A DNA stretch of 64,000 nucleotides from an uncultured Acetobacteraceae bacterium (GTDB lineage Bacteria > Pseudomonadota > Alphaproteobacteria > Acetobacterales > Acetobacteraceae): assembly GCA_964242565.1 (NCBI GenBank), contig CAXTCT010000001.1, positions 500-64,499 of the forward strand, in the 5' to 3' direction. Made by a program: the position numbers and the translations under genes. This document shows, piece after piece, positions 58,126-64,000 of this stretch (its first letter is position 1; every line of letters starts with the position of its first letter). The notes under the pieces are model-generated. The model was not told where the DNA came from, made no database searches, and worked only from the letters and a program-made list of their open reading frames with translations.

Positions 58126-59520
58126 TCAGGCGCCACGATCGTCGGAATTAACTCCAAGCTGCTTGAGCTTGCGGTGCAACGCGCTGCGTTCCATGCCGAC
58201 AAAGCCTGCCGTACGGCTGATGTTGCCGCCGAAACGCAGCAGTTGCGCCTGCAGATATTGCGTCTCGAACAGGTCGCGTGCCTCTCGCAAAGGCAGTCCC
58301 ATGACATCCGCCGCGGGATCGAACTTGAGCAGCGCCGGTGCGCCCTGTCCGATCGATGGCGGCAGCATCTCGGCGCGGATCGGCTCGCCGCTGTTGCCTG
58401 GCGCCATGATCAGCAACCAATCCATGGTGTTACGCAGCTCGCGCGCATTGCCTGGCCAGTCGTAGCTCTGCAACGCCGCCATCGCATCGGCCGAAAGCTC
58501 GCGCACCGGCAGGCCCGCATTCTCCGCCGAGCGGGCCAGGAACATCCGCGCGAGTTCCGGGATGTCGTCCCGCCGCTCACGCAGGCTCGGCACGCGCAAC
58601 GGTACCACCGCCAGCCGATAATACAGATCCTCCCGGAAGCGCCCCGTGGCGATCTCGGCCTGCAGATCGCGATTGGTGGTTGCCAGCACCCGTACATCGA
58701 CCTTGACCCGGGCTGATCCTCCGACCCGCTCGAAGGTCTGGTCCTGCAGCGCCCGCACGATCTTGCCTTGGGTCTCGAGCGGCATGTCGGCCACTTCGTC
58801 GAGCAGCAATGTTCCACCGTGGGCGCGCTCCAGCACGCCGGTGCGCCGGCTGATGCCTTGCCCATCGGTCGCACCCTCGAGCCCGAACAGTTCCTCCTCG
58901 AAGCGCGCCGGCGCCAATGTCGCGCAATTCAGCGCGATGAAAGGTCCTTCCGAACGCCGCGACCGCGCATGGATCATGCGCGCCGCCACCTCCTTGCCGG
59001 CCCCCGCCGAACCCGAGATCAGCACGCGCGAGCCGGTTGGCGCCACCCGCTCGATCTGGGTGCGCACCGCCTGCATCACCTGGCTCTCGCCGCGCAGATA
59101 GGTCTCCGGCCCCGCGCGCAAGCGCAGCTCGGCATTCTCGCGCGCCAGCCTGGCCGCCTCCAGCGCACGGCGCACCACCAGCAGCAGCCGATCGGTCTGG
59201 AACGGCTTCTCGATGAAATCATAGGCGCCGTGCTGCAGGGCTGCCACCGCGGTCTCGATCGTGCCATGCCCGGAAATCATCACCGTCGGCACCACCGGTT
59301 CCTCGCCCTGGATCGCCTTGAGGATGCCCAGGCCGTCGAGCCGCGAGCCTTGCAGCCAGACGTCGAGGATCACCAGGGACGGCCGCCGCGCCCGGAACGC
59401 TGCGATAGCCGAGTCGGAATCTCCCGCCAGGCGCGTCTCGTAGCCCTCGTCGCGCAGCAGCCCTTCGACGAGCAGCCGGATGTCGGGTTCGTCATCGACG
59501 ATCAGGATCTCATGCGCCAT
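58126..59520 (-). CDS. ntrX: Response regulator NtrX
   Basis: Receiver LDVWLQGS, AAA+ lacking GAFTGA, C-terminal MERSALHRKLK. Confidence 0.93.
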   Translation of the reverse strand: MAHEILIVDDEPDIRLLVEGLLRDEGYETRLAGDSDSAIAAFRARRPSLVILDVWLQGSRLDGLGILKAIQGEEPVVPTVMISGHGTIETAVAALQHGAYDFIEKPFQTDRLLLVVRRALEAARLARENAELRLRAGPETYLRGESQVMQAVRTQIERVAPTGSRVLISGSAGAGKEVAARMIHARSRRSEGPFIALNCATLAPARFEEELFGLEGATDGQGISRRTGVLERAHGGTLLLDEVADMPLETQGKIVRALQDQTFERVGGSARVKVDVRVLATTNRDLQAEIATGRFREDLYYRLAVVPLRVPSLRERRDDIPELARMFLARSAENAGLPVRELSADAMAALQSYDWPGNARELRNTMDWLLIMAPGNSGEPIRAEMLPPSIGQGAPALLKFDPAADVMGLPLREARDLFETQYLQAQLLRFGGNISRTAGFVGMERSALHRKLKQLGVNSDDRGA

Positions 59521-61861
59521 CGATGCGGCCTTCCGCCGAAGACTCTCGAAGTGCCGAAGGCAAGCTCAAGGTCGCAACCGCTCCACTTCCATCAGGCCTG
59601 TCGTCCAGCATGATCGATCCACCATGGTCCTCCATGATCTTCTTGACGATGGCCAATCCGAGCCCCGTTCCTTTAGGCTTGTGCGTCACGTAGGGTTCCG
59701 TCAATCGTAAGCGGTCCGTCTTTGGCAAGCCCATTCCGTCATCCGAAACCGATATCTGCACCTCCCGGCCTGCCGGCCGCAACGTGACCCAGATCGTCCC
59801 GCGCAACACGCCGGCCCCGCCCTGCATCACCGCCGCCTCGGACGCTCCAGCCTTCCCCGGCGGCCCGCCGGCCGCTACGCCTGGAGGCGCCGTCCGCATT
59901 CGGATCGCATCGGCCGCATTTTGCAGCAGGTTGGTCAATGCCTGGCCGATCAGCCGCCGATCGCAGGGGATCACCGGACCACGATCCGGCAGATCCACCA
60001 CGAAGCCGACCTCCGGATAGGCACTCTTCTGCAGGACCAGCGCCTCACGCACAATACGCGAAAGATCCTCGGGCTTGATCAGCGGCTGCGGCATGCGCGC
60101 GAATGCCGAGAACTCGTCCACCATGCGGCCGATGTCGCCCACATGCCGCACGATGGTGTCCGCGCATTGCGCGAAAGTCTCCGGGTCCGAGGTGATCTCG
60201 CGCAGGAAGCGCCGCTTCATCCGCTCGGCCGATAGCTGGATCGGCGTCAACGGGTTCTTGATCTCATGGGCGATCCGGCGTGCCACGTCTGCCCAGGCCG
60301 CCTTGCGCTGGGCCGATTGCAGCTCCGTGATGTCGTCGAAGGTCACCACATAGCCCTCGGTGACGGCCCCCTTCATCTCCGGGCCGATACGCACCAGCAA
60401 GGTGCGCCGGCCGCTCTGCACCTCGGCGGTCTGTATCTCCGCACTTTGATGGCTCCCACTCTGATGGCTGCCCCCTTGGGGCCGTTCCGGATTCTGCCGG
60501 GCCAGCGCGAGCAACGAGCCGAATTCGGGCACGAGTTCGGCCAGAGGCTGCCCCACCGCCTGCATCAGGTCGAAACCGAGCAGGGTTCCCGCCGCAAGGT
60601 TGGGCAACTCGATCCGCTGTTCCGCATCGAGCCCGATGACCCCCGCCGAGACGCCCGACAGCACCGCCTCGGTGAACCGCCGCCGCTCGTTGATCTGGCT
60701 GTAGGCCGCCATCAGCTCGCCGCGCTGGGCCGCGAGCTGGTCGGTCATGCGGTTGAAGGCGCGCGACAGACCCGAAACCTCGTCCTCGCGCTCCTCTTCC
60801 GGCACCCGCACACCGAGGTCGCCTCCGCGCACCCGCTCGGCCGCCAGGATCAGCAGGCCCACGGGCCGCGCGATCTGGTTGGCCAGCACCAGGCCGACCA
60901 GCACGGCGGCGGCCAGCACCAGCAACGCCACCAGGGCAAAGATCATCACGAAGGTGATCTGCAGTCCCGAGCGGTTATGGTCGAGCTGCTTATAGTCCGC
61001 CACCACCCGCTCGGTCTTGCGCATATGGTCCAGGATCACCGGGTCCACCGGGCGGGTGATCACCAGCATCAGGCTGGGCGGCTGCACGTCGCCCAGTCCG
61101 ACCACGGCGCTGACCGTCCGGCCGTCGGGACTATCCTGGATCGCGACGTCACCGGTGCGCGCAAGCAGCGAGGCAGAGGGCGGCGGCAGGGTGACGCCAA
61201 GCCCGTTGAGCATGCCGTGTGACGCCAGCACCTGGTCGTTGCTCGGGTCGAAGATCGCCGCCTCGGACAGGCCACGCACATACATCTGCTCGGCCAGCAG
61301 CTCCTGCAGGGCATGCTGATCCATGTAGAACACGGCGCCGTTCTGGCCGAGGTCGTTGGCCATCGCCAGCGCGTCGATGCGTATGTTGTTGTTATGTTCC
61401 TGCAGATACCCGGTGGAAGCCTGCACCGCCTCGTCCAGCGCCGTGCGCACCCGGTCGTTGAACCATAACTGGATGCCGAGATGGAAGAAGGCGCCGGCGA
61501 ATACCGCGACCACCGTCGTCGGCACCACCGCAACCACGCCGAACAGCAACACCAGCCGCACGTGCAGCCGCGATCCGGCAAGCCCCCTGCGGCGCTCGCC
61601 CCACACGTTGGCCAGGCGCGTGAACAGGGCAGCGCCGAGCAGCAGGAGCACCAGCAGGTTGGCGCCGAACAGCACCCGCTCGACACGCGGCCGATGGGCC
61701 AGCGTCATCCCCCCGGACAGCACCGAGAAGGTCGCCACCCCCAGGGCCAGCGCGGTCGCGGCCAGCACCAGCGTGCCGACCTTGCCAAGCATCAGGGCGC
61801 GCACCCGGCGCGGCTGCCAGGCCAGCACCAGATGCCTCACCCCATGCTCCAGAATGCTCAC
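59510..61861 (-). CDS. ntrY: Sensor histidine kinase NtrY
   Basis: TM segments, HAMP, PAS, AWADVARRIAHEIKNPLTPIQLSAER, GTGLGL. Confidence 0.93.
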   Translation of the reverse strand: MSILEHGVRHLVLAWQPRRVRALMLGKVGTLVLAATALALGVATFSVLSGGMTLAHRPRVERVLFGANLLVLLLLGAALFTRLANVWGERRRGLAGSRLHVRLVLLFGVVAVVPTTVVAVFAGAFFHLGIQLWFNDRVRTALDEAVQASTGYLQEHNNNIRIDALAMANDLGQNGAVFYMDQHALQELLAEQMYVRGLSEAAIFDPSNDQVLASHGMLNGLGVTLPPPSASLLARTGDVAIQDSPDGRTVSAVVGLGDVQPPSLMLVITRPVDPVILDHMRKTERVVADYKQLDHNRSGLQITFVMIFALVALLVLAAAVLVGLVLANQIARPVGLLILAAERVRGGDLGVRVPEEEREDEVSGLSRAFNRMTDQLAAQRGELMAAYSQINERRRFTEAVLSGVSAGVIGLDAEQRIELPNLAAGTLLGFDLMQAVGQPLAELVPEFGSLLALARQNPERPQGGSHQSGSHQSAEIQTAEVQSGRRTLLVRIGPEMKGAVTEGYVVTFDDITELQSAQRKAAWADVARRIAHEIKNPLTPIQLSAERMKRRFLREITSDPETFAQCADTIVRHVGDIGRMVDEFSAFARMPQPLIKPEDLSRIVREALVLQKSAYPEVGFVVDLPDRGPVIPCDRRLIGQALTNLLQNAADAIRMRTAPPGVAAGGPPGKAGASEAAVMQGGAGVLRGTIWVTLRPAGREVQISVSDDGMGLPKTDRLRLTEPYVTHKPKGTGLGLAIVKKIMEDHGGSIMLDDRPDGSGAVATLSLPSALRESSAEGRIDGA

Positions 61862-61868
61862 ATCAGCC

Positions 61869-63323
<1,455 letters not shown>

Positions 63324-63483
63324 CGCGGCATCCTGCTCTCATGCTCCAGCCGGGCAAACTTGGTGGACCGCAAGCCAGGATGGCAGGACAACATTCTTCT
63401 CGGGAGGGAGCGCGAACACGACTCCTGCAAAGCCGCGCGACCAGCCCCGCTCGCCAGGCGGCCGCGCCCGCTATGGTGCGCGG

Positions 63484-64000
63484 TCATGGCCCATCCCCGG
63501 CCTCCTCCACCAGCACCGGCAGGTGCAGCCGGAATTCCGTCCTGCCGGGCCGACTTTCCACCTCGATCAGTCCGCCGTGGTCGCCGACGATCTTCGCCAC
63601 CATCGCCAGGCCGAGTCCGCTGCCGGACGGCTTGGAGGTGACGAACGCGTCGAACAGGTTGGCACGGATGTCCTCCGGAATGCCGGAGCCGTTGTCGCGC
63701 ACCACCACCAGCAGCGGCAGGTCGACGCGCCGCTTGCCGCCCGGGGCCGCCAGCCTGACGCCGTGCTGGTAGGCGGTGATCAGGGTGATCTCGCCACTCG
63801 TCTCGCTGGCATAGCGGTCCGAGGCGGTGATCGCCTCCGCCGCATTCTTCACCAGATTGAGCATCACCTGCACGAGCTGGTCGCGGTTGCCCCACACCGG
63901 CGGCAGCGACGGGTCGTACAGCTCGACGAAGCGCAGGTGCGACGCGAACCCGCTCTGCGACAGCCGGCGCACGTGCTCGAGCACGCGGTGGATGTTGACC
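63484..64000 (-). CDS. ntrB: Histidine kinase NtrB, C-terminal part (truncated by the window edge)
   Basis: [26 protein letters not shown]; upstream of ntrC. Confidence 0.9.
   Translation of the reverse strand, partial: VNIHRVLEHVRRLSQSGFASHLRFVELYDPSLPPVWGNRDQLVQVMLNLVKNAAEAITASDRYASETSGEITLITAYQHGVRLAAPGGKRRVDLPLLVVVRDNGSGIPEDIRANLFDAFVTSKPSGSGLGLAMVAKIVGDHGGLIEVESRPGRTEFRLHLPVLVEEAGDGP

Overview
GC-rich alphaproteobacterial chromosome; gene content and order suggest Acetobacteraceae (inference). Left flank (1-10.3 kb): housekeeping genes rhlE, pncA, htpG, an SLT-domain protein, a suhB/MmgR-type sRNA, N-formylglutamate amidohydrolase, tRNA-Val(GAC), ruvX, gatCAB and tRNA-Ser(GCT). Centre (about 11.3-34.9 kb): an apparently intact, single-strand phage-derived virion operon. 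It encodes small and large terminase, portal, scaffold, capsid, neck, contractile sheath and tube, frameshifted tail chaperones, a short tape measure, a P2/Mu-like baseplate, fibre, a GH108 endolysin and a holin. No integrase, repressor or replication gene is visible. The operon is headed by an HTH gene and a DUF6456/Q-like gene, followed by a strong sigma70 promoter and an immediate terminator hairpin, which is the layout of antitermination-controlled late operons and gene transfer agents. It is the main candidate novel system: a domesticated, contractile-tailed GTA-like particle. It carries a class 3 intein in the terminase Walker A motif, an orphan degenerate MazF/PemK-like first gene, a GH99/WbsX-like glycosidase fused to a neck protein, and an RcGTA head-spike-like domain inserted in a baseplate wedge protein. 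Right flank (35-64 kb): envelope genes (GT2-like, SGNH, uppP, MlaD, ATP-grasp + DedA, mltB, rlpA, dac), a candidate structured ncRNA, tmk-holB-metG-tatD-MBL, prkA-yeaH-spoVR, a cupin, mazG, an IMPase, hflX-hfq and ntrX-ntrY-ntrC-ntrB (partial). All protein calls come from motif recognition by eye; no database search was run.
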